Assembly (NCBI GenBank): GCA_022813965.1
Contig: JALDZS010000001.1
Location: 186,001 to 250,000, forward strand
Source of the DNA: Toensbergia leucococca
Lineage: Eukaryota
Direction: 5' to 3'
DNA length: 64,000 nt
Shown here: positions 50,032 through 63,710 of the stretch, one piece after another
Position numbering within the stretch: the first letter of the stretch is position 1
How the letters are laid out: the number at the start of each line of letters is the position of its first letter
The notes under the pieces: model-generated
The model's input: the letters and a program-made list of their open reading frames with translations, nothing else
Told to the model about the DNA's origin: nothing
Databases searched by the model: none
Program-made: the position numbers and the translations under genes

Positions 50032-52106
50032 ATGGAATCTCAACCCCTAGACCTGGGGCCGAGCCAGATGCAGTCAACGGCTGACCCTGCTGAAAGTCTG
50101 ACGAAGACATTGTCTCTACTTGAGGCAAAGAATGACACGTCCCGCTTTGTTGGCTTGGCTATACTAAAGTCTATACTAGACAACAAGGCGGCTTTACAGA
50201 AAGACCCTGAAGTTATTGCACGATGTTGGGCTGCGATCCCAGTCAAATTCTTGGATCGACTTTTGAGAGCTGAAGCGTCTGAAAAGAAGAGCAAGGAAGA
50301 AGCGAAGAGCATGGTTGAACTAGCAGTTGCAGTATTGCACGCATTTATTGTACTTCTGCCTCCAGAATCACTTGACGATACGAAACTCAGCGGTAGGAGC
50401 GGAGGTCTTATCGCTGCGTTAGATCAGAGGTAAATAGGCCTACAGAGAGACAAATTCAAATGAGACTTCTTTTACTAATAAGGCAGTTCATCAGATGCAA
50501 CCAACCAGATATTAGAGATACTCCTGACCCTTGCAAGCACCCAGAATGGCGCCAATGCATTGCTGATGGTTGAAGACTGGTCTCCGCTGGTAGAAATTGC
50601 TCCGCAACAACAACTAGCGCTCGAGATCGTGAAATACACGCTCCTCACCACAAACCGGCAAAGCAGTGAAACGGCCAAAGTGCGGAAGAAGCTCAATTCC
50701 ACAGTACCTGCCCTGGTTGTTGTCTTCCGAGACGCATCGGACGTTAATTCATTGCTTGACTTTATGAATGAAGTTCTGACCTCGTTGTCAATTGAGGTTC
50801 GTCTCCAATCTATTCTGTACACGTCTCCAAAAATCGTTCATCAGAATTACAGGTTCTTCCTGTTTCTCCCACGTGGCTTCGTACTGTAACAAATCTTATG
50901 CATAAAGCAAGTCTCAGTCGCCATCAAGGTGTTGCGCTTCAAACGAGGCGAGCGGTAGTCCACTTGGCGTCCTCACTACTCCATCTATATCCGTCCGAAT
51001 ATCCCAATATACTCTTCAACGGACCAGACCGCCAAACTATATCTCCGGACTCAAACCCTCCGTCCTACCTGTTCATAAAACTACTCCTCATCGACATACG
51101 CTCCTCAATCCCCTCTCTCCAAGAAACCCTAAACTCCCCGTCTTACCCCTCCGACTCAACCCGCCTCGCCTCATCCTACGACATTCTCTCCGCCTTTATC
51201 AGTTTCCTCGTCCAAAGTCTCGATAACGAAGACTCAGACTCGGAAACACCCCACAATGCCAACACCAATCCCTCACCATCACCTCTCCACCTCTCCCCAT
51301 CACTCCTCCTCCGCCTCCGCGCCGACATATCAGAGCTCCTCTCCCTAACAATCGAGCACCTCCGCGACCGCTACGACGCCTCCATAGGCGGTGCCCCAGG
51401 CCTCCACCCCTCAGCTCGCCCCTCCCCCCAAACAAGCACCAACTTACCCTTAGCCATTTCCTGGGACTCTGCCTCCAGCACAATAGCCCAAGACCCCTTG
51501 ACGCTCTCCCAAATCCGCACCCTAGCCCTTTGGCTCCGCGAAGATGACAATGACTCCCTCCGCAAAGAAGCCGCCAGCATAACTGATGTGATGCTCTTTC
51601 TTTACGGCACAGATGGCGAGCTAGAGTTTCGTTCTCCGGTCTTGATCGCGCTAGAGGGAGTGACTACAACGCCCGAGGGGGTGGAAGCGTTCCTCAGCGC
51701 CGAGGGATGGGAAGTTCTCGTTCAAGACCTTCGGGGTATTCTCGCCTCATCGAAGGATGCTGGACGAGGCATCGAGATTGTGCGGGTCTTGCTCGGGGTG
51801 GCCGAATCAGACGTTGTGGGGCCGGCGAAGGAGGAGTGGATGGCGGTTGTGGGCATGGCTGCTGCTGTGTTCAGGACCGGTGAGGGAGGAAATATGGATT
51901 TGGGGATAGCGGTTGCGCAGTTGGCGGTTGAGGTGTTGATTAAAGCGCCGAGGGGGTTGGCGAAGAGGCATGCAGGGCCAGCGAAGCAAATTTTGGGGTT
52001 TGCGAGAGCGTCATTGAAAGCAGAGGGAAAGGGCTGCGAGGGAGAGACGAGAGATGGATTGGAGGATATTGTGCAAGGGCTTGAAAGCTTAAATGTTCGT
52101 ATCTAG
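50032..52106 (+). CDS. Neurochondrin-family (DUF1941) ARM-like protein
   Basis: LSLLEAKNDTSRFVGLAILKSILDN..FLDRLLRA; YLFIKLLLIDIRSSIPSL; RTLALWLREDDN. Two introns (~50430-50482, ~50797-50852). Confidence 0.85.
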
Positions 52107-52260
52107 TATGTGAACGTCGAATTCTTTGCTATTCGATTGATAGTGTGATATGATCTATCAAGCTACTCAAGCTCTTTTATTCCTGCTACTGTGGATCCCA
52201 AACTCTATGGGTATGAATGGTAACGATAAAAGATGTGGTTATACATCGATATCAATACTC

Positions 52261-53621
52261 TCAGTGCGCGTGTCCCACCTGAGTGATCAGCGGCAACAGC
52301 ATCCCCGCCACCGCAGCCAGAACAAGCCCCACACCCTTCCCTTCAGCTCGCCCGTGCGATCCTCGCCCGCGATGATTCCCGTCCAAATATCCGTTGCCGA
52401 GGCTCTCCTCAACAGCTCCTGTGGAATCGTCTTCTTGCATTGTATGCATGGCTACGTATCTGCAAGCATCAAGTCAGTCTCTTCCCTATTTTGAGATGTG
52501 GTCTGGAGGTAAGGCTCACAGAAAAGTTCCCCCGGAAAAGAGCAACAAAACGCCTGTCCACCATCTCATTGCCTCTTCGTCTCCACCACCGCCGCCCAGG
52601 CCCCGCACAATCACCCATGTGCCTAACGCACCTACCGGAGCGGCAAGGCTGAATATCACCAAGTGCGCCCGCGCACCTCTTTTCCCGAGGCCTTGCCTAA
52701 GGAGTACCGATGTGAGACCAAAAGCTGCAGGCGCCTTGTGGACCATTATGGCGAGGAAGATGATGAAAGAGAGATTCGTCGCGGAGGTAGAGGAGGAGGA
52801 AGCGCCGAGAGCGATGCCGTCCGCCGCAGCATGAATGCAGAGGCCGAGAGTGGTAGACAGGGTTCGGCGCTTGGGGGCTGGGATAGGAGCAGGGGAGGTA
52901 GCTAGATCGGAGAGGGAGTAGATATTTTGGGTACGTGGGGGCGGTTGCGTGTGGCTGGCTAGGGAAGGAAGGGTGTCGAGGAGGTACATTAGGATGAAGC
53001 CCATGATTAGGGAGATACCGATCCAGACATGCGGGGTACGGGTTTGGGGGGCCGGAGAAGGTGAGGAGGGCAAGCTGGAGAGGGCGTGCACTTCGCCCGG
53101 AGTAGTGGGGGTGAGGGGAGGAGAAGCGTCGGAGTCAATGTCCAGGGTGGGGAGGTCACCGGGAAGGGGGACGGAAGGGGGAAGGACGGGATTGGGAACA
53201 TCGAAGGGGAAAGAGTCTTGGGCTGAGCGAGTAGAGAGGTAGGCCTTGTGGAGGAGGTTGTTCCTAGGGTATATGGCGGGGTGGTCTTGTGGTGTTGTCC
53301 AACTCATTTCTAGTTGTTGAGGGTGTGAACGTCTTCGAGAGTGGGAGTGGGTAGGATGGCTGGCACTGTATAGCGTATCGACTCCTTCTGGAATTATGAC
53401 TATCAGGGATGTACCGATCAACACTCCCATGCCGATATTTGAAATCAGTCGCAGTTGCGATTGGGACATTGAGAATGAGAGTGGTAGAGAGCCGGCGAGG
53501 AAGGAGCTGAGTTCGGTATCTGTTAGAACTAATGTTTGAGAGATGCTAGAGATCTGCCCGAGACTCACGCAATAGCCATGACGGTGCTCAAGGTGAGCAG
53601 CATGAAAAGGCCGTCGAGCAT
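52261..53621 (-). CDS. ATX2: ZIP-family metal transporter (Atx2/ZIP9-like)
   Basis: MLDGLFMLLTLSTVMAIA|SFLAGSLPLSF, GMGVLIGTSLIVIIPEG, TTLGLCIHAAADGIALG, AIMVHKAPAAFGL, LLFSGGTFL|YVAMH, ending GHAH*. Confidence 0.92.
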
Positions 53622-54007
53622 CTTGAATGCCTTCTTTCCCCTTGAACAGGGTCCAATGATCGATGCGACGGCTAAGGATTGAGCATGATGTGCTTGATGG
53701 CAACTCTTTACTAGTCCGAATTGCAGGGCTCAATCGAGCTTTGCGATGTTGGTCAATTGAGTTTGACAGCTTGGTCTTTTCCTTTTTCCGCTGTTGGTTT
53801 TTACCCGCCTCCGCTTGCTCGCTGTCTTCCCAAGTAATCTCAGCCCTATGATATTCTATTCTAGCCCTTGCTCGCCTTGCTCGAGAGTGAAAAATGATCC
53901 GAGCGCCCGACTGGTCTGGGCCTTCTCCTTCTCTCGCGACTGGCGACGCGATGCCACTCGATGTCGATCAACGTTGATCTCTCTGTCATAATTGAAGCTT
54001 TACGCAG

Positions 54008-55687
54008 ATGGCGGAGCAAGAAGAGTGTAATCTTCCTTGTTATCTGCCTACGAGGCAACAGCTGACGTCTAGAGTAAAGGGTCAACACATGCGAGCGAAG
54101 CTCTGAACATCTCCATAGTCCAAGCCGGCCCCGAAACACCCAAAACCCTATCAACCTTCCATCCTCATTTTACATACCCCATATTCGGTGACGAGGAACA
54201 GATATTCGGATACCAAGGCCTGAGCATAAATCTCCGTTTCGCAGCTCACAATCTCCGCCCGAACCTTGAGATAACGTATGACAAAAAGTTCGAAGCAGTT
54301 GGGGATACCAATGCTACCGATGTTGAGGAAACGCTGAGAGAATGGATGACTCCAGGTAAATAATCATCTTCTTTAGAGTAAATTGGGATCAAGAGATTGA
54401 GTACTCGAGTCTGCAGCCTCCTTCGAGAAAGTCGCCAGCTTCAACGCCCAGGTTCAAAATGATCCCTCCGCTAAAGACTTCAGACCACCTGGGAAGAAGA
54501 TTCACACCTATATAAGCCGAAACCGCAAATTCGAAATATGGTGTGGCGAGTTGACAGATCCTGCTGTGCAAGACATCATCGAACGAATGCAAATTTTCGT
54601 GTCCTTCTTCATTGAAGGTGGCACTCCCCTCGCTCTCGACGACCAAGACTGGACCATAGCTAGATGGCGTGTGTTCTTCATGTATGCCTCTTATTTCCCA
54701 ATGACTCGCGAAAAGAACTAAATTCCCCGGACCAGCTACGAGAAACTTCCAACCCTCACAACCGCAAACGCGTCCACCTACGCAATAGTCGGCTATTCCA
54801 CCTCCTACCGCTTCCTAACTCATCCCTCCAACACCCTTACCAAACCACCGCTCCAGACCTTCTCTCTCCCCCCGACAACACCCATCTCTCCAACATCTCT
54901 CCCTTCACGAGCCCGCATCTCGCAGTTCCTAATTCTCCCGCCCCACCAGTCCCACTCCCACGGCTCCCACCTCTACAAAACAATGACAACAACCTTCCTC
55001 ACCGACCCAACTTGCACTGAAATCACCGTCGAAGACCCCAATGAAGCCTTCGACGACCTTCGTGACTACAGCGACTACACCCGTCTCATGCAAAACAAAA
55101 CCCTCTCTCAAATCACTCTAAACCCAAATATCCCCGCGACCCTAACCGCCAAACGCACCGGTGTCCGGGTTCCTACCTCCTCCCTCCTCAACCTCTCCCT
55201 CCTCGAGTCCCTCCGCACACAGAACAAACTTGCCCCCCGCCAATTCCACCGTCTCGTAGAACTCTACCTCCTCTCGCGCATCCCACCGCATAACCGCCAA
55301 TCGGGTACCGCGCGCCTGACGCAGCGGGCCAAGGCCAGCGACCCCAACGATCGCACGTTTTATTACTGGCGGTTGCTGGTGAAGCAGCGGGTGTATAAGA
55401 AGAATAAGGATGTGCTGATGCAGTTGGAGAAAGGGGAGAGGATCGATAAGGTGGAGCAGACGGTGGGGGAGGTGGCGGGAGATTATGAGCGGTTGTTGCG
55501 GGGGCTGGAGGCGCGAAAGGACGAGGGTGGGGAGGAGGTCAATGGGAGTGAGAAGAGGGAGAATGGAGGTGGGGAAAGGAAGGGGAGGGGGAAGCGGAAG
55601 GTTATTATCGAGGATGATGAGGATGACGAGGGTGGGGCCGAAGGGGCGAAGGAGGTGAAAAGGAGACGAGCGGCAGATGGGGAGTGA
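54008..55687 (+). CDS. HAT1: Histone acetyltransferase type B catalytic subunit
   Basis: MAEQEE|WSTHASEALNI, FHPHFTYPIFGDEEQIFGYQGL, FFIEGG, RARISQFLILPPHQSHSHGSHLY, EITVEDPNEAFDDLRD. Three introns. Confidence 0.95.
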
Positions 55688-56007
55688 TGATATTGAGGCT
55701 TCTACTGTGACATGTATCAAGGAATTTACCATTGGAAATGAGGTGGGCGTTGGGTGTCCAGCTGGCATCACCGGGAATATCGTAGACGGCAGGATACATA
55801 TGAGTCGTGCAACCTCGAGCAAATGAATGCTTTCATATCGGGCATTGCTCTGGCACTTTTGCTTCCAAGGCACCATGGTACGGGAAATAGATACCCGGGC
55901 TCGACAATCGAGCCTGACACAGGAAAGCCCCGCGACTAAGAAAGACATGATGCAGTCTCCAAACATGCTAGCTTCACCCTGTTGCCTTCTCCCCCTCACA
56001 CCACATT

Positions 56008-57414
56008 TCAATAATAATAATTCTCATCCGGCGTCCTCCCCCTCAAAAAATCCGGCTCGCTGCCCCTAACATAAATATCCTCATACAAAATTTTCTGCGT
56101 CGCCTCCGGCGCCGCCATCTGCTCCGCCTCCGCAACCTCCTTGTCCACGTACGCCCTAGCCTCCTTATCCAATCCCTTCAGCTCCTCCTCGCTCGTGACC
56201 TCCCAATCCAGCAGCTTCTGCTTCAGCCCCGCAATGGGATCATTGGTGCTACGCATGCGCTGAATTTCCTCGCGTGTGCGGTACGTCGTGCCGGGGTCCG
56301 ACATGGAGTGGCCGCCGTAGCGATAGGTGACGTATTCGAGGACGAGGGGCCCGTGGCCGGCGACGGTGTGGGCTTTGCCGTACTGGACGGCGGCTTTGAC
56401 GGCGAGGATGTCCATGCCGTTTACTTTTAGACCAGGGATATATTGCCCGCGCTTGTAGTATTCTGTCAGAGCGGCGGCACGGTTGGCGGCGGTGCCCATG
56501 CCGTATTTGTTGTCTTTGAAGAGAGTGAAGTTAGCTTTGGCTGGGCGAAGAAAGGGGGTGGTGAGAAAGATGACTTACTTTCGCAGCCGAATAGGATGGG
56601 AAGATTCCACAATTTGGCCATATTGAAGGCTTCGAATACTTGGCCTTGGTTGCTGGCGCCGTCGCCGTAGAGGCAGATCGTGGTATTTTCTTTATTGTTG
56701 TACTGGTTTGCGAAGGCGATGCCGGCACCCACAGGCACTTGGGCACCCACTATACCGTTACCGCCGTAGAACCCTTTGGTGAACATGTGCATTGAGCCGC
56801 CCTTGCCATATGCGATGCCTTCTCTTCGTCCCAGGAGCTCACCCACGATGGACTTGACGGTACCACCACGCATGAGGGCAAAGCCGTGACATCTGTAGGC
56901 TGTGATGACGTGATCCTCTTTGGTGATAGCGTGCTCAATGCCTGCTGCGACAGCTTCTTGGCCGGTGGATAAATGGCAGAATCCTCGGATTTTCTTCTCT
57001 TTGTATAACCTGTCTGCAGCCATTTCCATTCGTCTAAAACGCTTGATAAGGGGGCTGTTTGTCATAAGGTCGAGAAAAGGGGGAGTACCTTATTGATACC
57101 ATGTCGTAGTACATCTGTTTCAGCTCCTTCTTCGTGGTATCGAGGGTGTATGGGGGAGGATCGAGCTCGTAAGTTTCGAAGCTCTCATCCGAAAGGCGCA
57201 CCTCGAAGGGCTTGTCATCTTCCTGGAAGATACAATCCGTGTAAGGTCAAATGAAGATTTACCAAGGATCAATGGTAATGCTTACCTGGGGTACATTCTC
57301 TTTTTCTGTATGAGACGAAGCGGCGTCAGTGGTCACTGCACGCTTCGTCAAAGGCACAAAGGCATTGCGCCTGAGCGGCACAGTACATCTCGCCCTCAAA
57401 GCCCTGCTCAACAT
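56008..57414 (-). CDS. PDA1: Pyruvate dehydrogenase E1 alpha subunit
   Basis: Presequence [56 protein letters not shown]. Three introns. Confidence 0.98.
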
Positions 57415-57590
57415 GGTTGTGATGAGGGTTTCCAAGGGTGAAAGAGCTATCACTTTATGCAGGATGCGTTGAACCCTCGATCGTTGGGAAGTTGCGCTAA
57501 TCAATCCGTAAACGGCTAGGCCCAAAGCTGAGAAGTTACACGATGGGATCCAACAAATAGAGTAAATAATTCTATTTAAATTCCTACAAA

Positions 57591-57989
57591 TCATACACTT
57601 GTATTTCTGAGATCAATCATATGTCCAGATTCCCACGCCAGTGCACTCAAACAAATGACATGAACCAAAACGTGCACATTCGGACCACCTAATCCACCCC
57701 CAGTCTGCCCCTCCCTACTCCGCCCATATGCTCTCACAAGTGGCCCGACATGATACAGTGAAAAAGCCCCTGCCACCTGACATGAGAGCTGACCTGAAGG
57801 TTGAAGCGCGAACATAGCAGCAATGATGTTGGTCGATAGAAGAAGCAGAGCGTATTGCCGAATAAGAGCGTGTGCATGAGGCTGCCGTTCTCGCAGGGTT
57901 GCTGATGGGCGCAGGAAGAAATTTATGCAGGCGGGGAGCTCAATGATGAGGTGTAGGAGGAAGGGGACGTTGATTGTTGGGAGCATCAT
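57591..57989 (-). CDS. Small hypothetical membrane protein (about 4 TM segments)
   Basis: 132-aa ATG-initiated ORF with hydrophobic segments and protein-like motifs (LHLIIELPA, IRQYALLLLS, YHVGP, LGGPNVH). Confidence 0.75.
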   Translation of the reverse strand: MMLPTINVPFLLHLIIELPACINFFLRPSATLRERQPHAHALIRQYALLLLSTNIIAAMFALQPSGQLSCQVAGAFSLYHVGPLVRAYGRSREGQTGGGLGGPNVHVLVHVICLSALAWESGHMIDLRNTSV

Positions 57990-59595
57990 TTTTGTTCTTG
58001 GACACGATGTGTAGGACCAGTCCTAAAGTGTTTTGACGGCGTTGAAGTTTGAAGGGTTCACGTTGCTCCACGTTGAAGAGTGGATGTAGAGGACAGCTGC
58101 AAGTAGACGTTGCTTGAAACCCATATGACTCGCAAATGGAACACTTTAAGATCGGTATTCGTGACTTTCAGTGTTTATGATATTTGGGAACTGGGAATTA
58201 GGTCTGAACTAAGTAGGATACCACGAGGATGCTACGAAGCTTGCCTTTCACAGATGCACCGTTGCGCAATACAGGATACTCAATTCCCGTAATTGTGTAA
58301 GTAGACCTCTTATTAGTTTCGATTTGAGAGAACGATACCTTCGTGAGATGGAACATGGGTCTGATGCTTGAGATGGTGAGAAAAGAGGCCGGAGGGAAGT
58401 AATATATCAGAACGACTGTCTGACCACACAAAAGGTAACGTACATATCAATATGAACAACATTGAAGAGGTATCAATCTCCTCTTGATTCAATCAATCTG
58501 TTAGTAGTTGATCATCCACCTCCACGCCATTCAGTCTTGCTGGGTTGATGCAAAGAACGATTCACACCGTGACTGAGCCTTTTTCTGAACTCAGAGATGT
58601 TAGGCAATCATGCCAGGTGAGATTTGTCAGTGCTAATTACATGGACAACGGCTGGTCTCAAGTGCCATACCTTTCCACTTCTCACTCTCCACAACAGGAT
58701 TTTGGGGATGCAGCTGTAACCTGGTGTCAGTGACAGTTTTAATTCGATAAAACCGGTTTTTTGATATCTGACCAGCAGAACAATTACTGAACCACGAATA
58801 TCTAGGGAGGAGGAGGAATTGATAGATATGATAGGTAGCATGATGGGAAGCAAGTCCAAGGGATGTCCTCATGCGGTGAAGGTAGGAGGTGAACATTTGG
58901 TGTTGGAGAATTGTTTCGACTACAGCTTGCTTGAATCAGTTGCAACATAACCAAGCAATCTTCTTTCCGCTTGATATAAAGTATATATCTGATGTTTGAC
59001 GTGGTTTCTCTTCTGCTAATCCGTGGTCATATCCAACTCCAGAGATGCAGGAGAACAGTCGTGGTTCCTTGTCCCAAACGTCCAGAATTAATACGAATCC
59101 AAGGCCGACTCCTTTCCCACTCTTGTGTTCTCAAGCCAGCCTTTACCAAATACCCTGTCTTGTTTAGCCTGTCTACTCATATCCGTCTTATCCGTCTTAT
59201 CCGTCCCGTGTGTATCGTGCAAGTCGTTGTGTATAGAAAGATTCCCCCGATTCCCCCTTACCCGCCGAAAATGGTCCGGAAATGTAAACTGCCCTACGGT
59301 AATCGTTTGCGCCTGAATACGTATGGCCGAGATTCTCGAGTCGAGAGGTTATGCAGAACATAGAGGAAAGCTTGTGGCAAAACAGAATTCGCCAGACGAA
59401 TCGGAACCCAAAGAATGAGAACAGCTAATAAAAGTTGAAAGACTGTCAGGCAATGAGATTAGCAACGCACATGAAATTTTGCGACAACCCTATTTTAAGA
59501 TCGAGGTGCGGAATGAACATGTTGCATCGGGCCAGAAGGAATCCGATTGGTAGAGCGAAAGCGGCAACTGACATGCTGCTGCTCTCCAAACTTAT

Positions 59596-61080
59596 TCAAT
59601 TCTTCTTCTTTTTCCGCGCCGACTTTGGTTCCTCTGCACCATCGTCGCTTGCGTCGCTGCCGCTGCCCTCAGAATCACTGCTGTGTCGTTTCTTTCCTTT
59701 CTGCCTGGCCTTTCCCTCATTCCCCTTCTTTACACTGACTGCTGCACCCTGTCTCTTCAGCTCCCGGGTCAACGCCGTACTGGCTCTCATACCAGGGAAG
59801 TCCTTCGCACTAAAAACTTCAAAGATATCGCTCTCTACAGTTCCCAAGACGTTCGTACGACCGCCTGTGGGGATCGACTCCATTCCGATCTTCATGAGTG
59901 TGAAGCGCAGCTTGTACAGGCCGTTCTGACGACAAGAAAGATCCGGAAATATGAAAAAGCAACCGATTCTCGCATTATCGTTAGCCGAGGGGAGGATATC
60001 GGGATCAATTCCAACGAATGGTGAAGCAACGAGAGTGCCCATGAGCCGACGGCTCAGTTTTTGAGTATTGTTTGGGTCAGCGATGGCCGTGACATCTGCA
60101 CTCAAGGTACTCGAAGAAGTCAGAGGCGGAACTGATAGGAGAATGCAGTGAACGACGTTGAAAGGCCAACGGAGCTCATCCAAGTCGGACTGAGATGTAG
60201 GATTGAAATCCGTCAGGGAAAGCTGAACAATTGGCGGAGGATCGATCACTCGGCGGTCGCGCTCACCAAATCCGCAAGCACGAGCAGCTATAGGTTGCTG
60301 TCGGACAGTGACACGATAGCGGCTTGTACTAGATAGGGTATTAGTGACCTAGCTCGTGTTTTGTACCTCTGTGCTAAGTATTACCTACATATTTTGCATC
60401 CTCGGAGGGGAACTCATCAGTAGGTCAGGAATTGAGGTACGTGCGGGTTCTGCACTGTACCCACTATGTGTAGTGGCAGGGCTATTCTGCGAGCCTATTG
60501 ACTTACGATGGATTGCATAGCCGGGCGATTGCAATGGCGTCTCGTGGTGACTATATGTCTCATGAAGCGGGTATCGACCAGCAGAGTCCACATAATGATG
60601 CTTTGGATAGTCTTCTAAGAAAGATCTGTCATATGATCTAAACTGAGGACGCGAATCAAGGGGTGTTGGCGGAGAAGTCCGAGAATGGTAAGTGGCTGGA
60701 TAATGTGAGCTTGAAGATGAAGATGTCTGAGGTTGGGGGTGAAGTAAGCGATCCAGTGGCGCTGCGCCTGGTGCTCGTGGTCGAGGTAATTGCGGTGCTG
60801 GCGTATGATAATTTTGCTGCGTATTATCCGAAGAGTAATGCCGAGATGAATAATTTGGGTGCTCTGCTTGCATTGGCGAGGATTGCGGAATCATTAATGG
60901 CTTAAGATGGAGAGGAGGAGGAGGAGGCAATCGAACATATGGGCTCGCTATGCCATGAATGGGAGGGAGTGCATGAGGGCCGAGGGGTTGCGTCTGGGTT
61001 GCTGCCATGACGGTCGAAGGGGCCGATGGAGGCTTGCTTTTTGCGTAAACTGCCGACTGTATTGGAGGTCTCGAGGACAT
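59596..61080 (-). CDS. velC: Velvet-domain regulator, VelC type
   Basis: Low-complexity N-terminal exon, intron ~60390-60329, then YRVTVRQQPIAARACGFGERDRRVIDPPPIVQL..RRLMGTLVASP..FFIFPDLSCRQNG..FSAKDFPGMRASTALTRELKRQG and a C-terminal NLS. Confidence 0.9.
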
Positions 61081-63710
61081 GAGTTATCTGCATTGGTGCC
61101 CAACAGGGCTGCCACAAACAGACAGCGCTGCCACTGTCGGCATTCGACGTTGTTGATGTCGAAGACTAGTCCTTTTTCGGCCGGTATCATGGTAGAAAGA
61201 AGAAGCACGAGTAGAAGAAAGGAACACAATTGAGGACGAGGACATGAGCCTGGAAATAGGGTTGGGGAAGTATCAGATACGAGTAATAGGGGGGGGATGG
61301 GACAGATAGCAGGTATGGTTGGAGATGCGGGTATAGAGGGTTAGGTCAGGGCACGATCATCAGACGGCAGGCTTCTTCTGCTATCCGTGGCGCTGGGACT
61401 TCTCGCAAGCCAGATCCAGATCTGGGGCTAAGAGAAGTATGCAGGAGAGCTTCGGTCGTCTCCTTCGTTCTGACTGGACCACGACGGTGATGGGCACGAC
61501 GGTGGTACAGCACTGCACTGTAATGATCAACACAGACTGCGCATCAATCACTAGGTTAGTGTGGCTGGGTTAGTTAGGAAGATGGAGATTAAAGGTTGCT
61601 GCATGCCCTAGAGCTGTGTGTGCGTGCGTATGTGTAAACAGGTAAAAGTATTCTACCTTCAATGTAGCTAAGATACTAAACAGACAAGGTATGTATCAAA
61701 TCAATATAGGTAGGTAGTTATCAATATTAATTAAGCCCATGTTAAAGGCAAGGAAGCAAGCCAAGTAAGCCAAGGAATCCTTCTTAGGTTTCAACTAAAG
61801 TATATCTGGATGTGTAAATGGTGATCCATCTGAATGAAGATGCCTACTGCCAGCCTCGTGACGCCGGCGGGGAAATATTCATGTCATTCAATCAGCCCAA
61901 CATACTTTGCCGGGCATGATCGCCATCGACCTCGTAGAACTAGAATGGCTTAATCTCCCATAGATATGCTAGAATACCATCAAGGTGTCCGTACCTACCA
62001 ACACCATATTGGTAACCCAATACCTTGACCTCTCATCATGTCATGTCGGGAAAGAAACGGGAATTGATTCGTAAGTGGAAGCACTAATGCATGACTGCAG
62101 CTTATTTTCGTTGGAAACCGGGGAGCCATTCTGATCCAGCACTTACCCAGCCAGCCACAGCGTGCCACACACGGTCACCAGGTAAGTGGTAACCTGTCTG
62201 TCTGTCTCTCCCTCTCGGCGAAATGTATTAGCTCGCCGACGTCGTGGCATCTTGATTGGTTACCGTGAGATAAGGCACGGATGCCTGTATCTGATTGTAA
62301 GAATACATGTTAGAAGCTTTCGTTCTGATCATCATGGCCAGCCCTTGCCAGCGTCACAAGTATTCTGACTTTGATGCTGATGATAAGCTAGATCTAGTAG
62401 AGCGTCTTCAAGACCTGAGGTAAATACAGGCCACCCGTCCTAGGTATTCTACTACTCGAATGACTTGTCGTTGTTGAAAGAAACGAATGCTTTGATATCA
62501 CTGACGTTTGACGAGATGTATGCACCTATGTGATACAGGCAACAGTCACTCGTCCTTGGTGCCATCATACTTTCCGTAATCGCTTTGCTATGGAAAGTAC
62601 CGACCGACGCAGATCATGCAGTAGCAATTGAAAGAGAGATTTGGCACTTGATAGGCTCGATAGCTAACCTCCAACCGAACACTAACAGGCGACCCGCTGT
62701 CAAAAACCTTATTGTGGGGACACTTGCATAGTACATACTCGTAGTCTCGTCAGGACGAACAATGAAGCTCTGCGCTCAGTCATAATCTGTCATCTGTCAT
62801 CTGCATCTCGAACCAATGCCCAGTCCAAGCTCCTGCTGATCTTCTTCTTTCGTGTCTCAATTCTCCTGTAATTCGAAGCATGCTGAGTGCAAAGCGCCGA
62901 AAACATCCTGTTGACTATCAATCTAGAATCAAATTAGCTCAGCTTCAATGCATCCCTTAGCTATGGTAGCCATTCAGCAGCCTGGCTTTCTCCACCAACT
63001 TGTCATGTCATGCTGATCTCGCCAATCAGTGGCTGCATCTGTATGCGACTCGACCAGACGTGCGACGTGGGGGGACACCAACTTTCGTACGAACACTTGG
63101 TGCGTGTTTGTCCTATCTACACGCGTGCAACTCGAGCTTGAGTCTTCGGATCTATATCCAATCATTTATCTCTAGCCATTTGTCCGGCTTGTCTGCTTTG
63201 GGAACCACATATATATTCGTCATCTCGTAACAATGATTCTTGGATGATGCCATCCTTCCTATGACGTCTGATCGGATTCTTCGACGCTTTGAGTATGTTA
63301 GAAGTATGTGTCTCTCTTAGCCTTCGGTACTACTCGTTGACTTTTAGCTTCCTTTGGGTATTCTTCATTGTCTCTTAGCAATCAGTCCCAGTACTGCATG
63401 GTAATAGGCACCAGTCTGTCCCTCTCGTATGACGAAATTGTTTCTCGCCCACACACAGGAAACTCGCCTATTACGATATTTTTCACCTGCTATCGCTGTC
63501 TGTAAGGCTCATACTCTTACTATTTTCCTTCGCGTTATGAGCATTCCTTATGAGGGTAATGCAATAAAATCACTCGTATCTCTGTTGAAGCATTCAGCAC
63601 CGCAACTACAAACCACGCAAAGCACAGGAAAAAACACAGACTATACCCACATATCCAGCTAATCCCTTTTCATTTTTCCAACAACGTCGGAGTAACCCCT
63701 ACATCAAACC

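Noticed and set aside
59170..59196. ATCCGTCTT x ~2.7 tandem repeat
   Set aside because: Short local slippage downstream of velC with no further structure.
62376..62420. Possible C/D box snoRNA (TGATGA...CTGA, partial match to 25S GUCUUGAA)
   Set aside because: Only ~8 nt of complementarity, an imperfect C box and no terminal stem.
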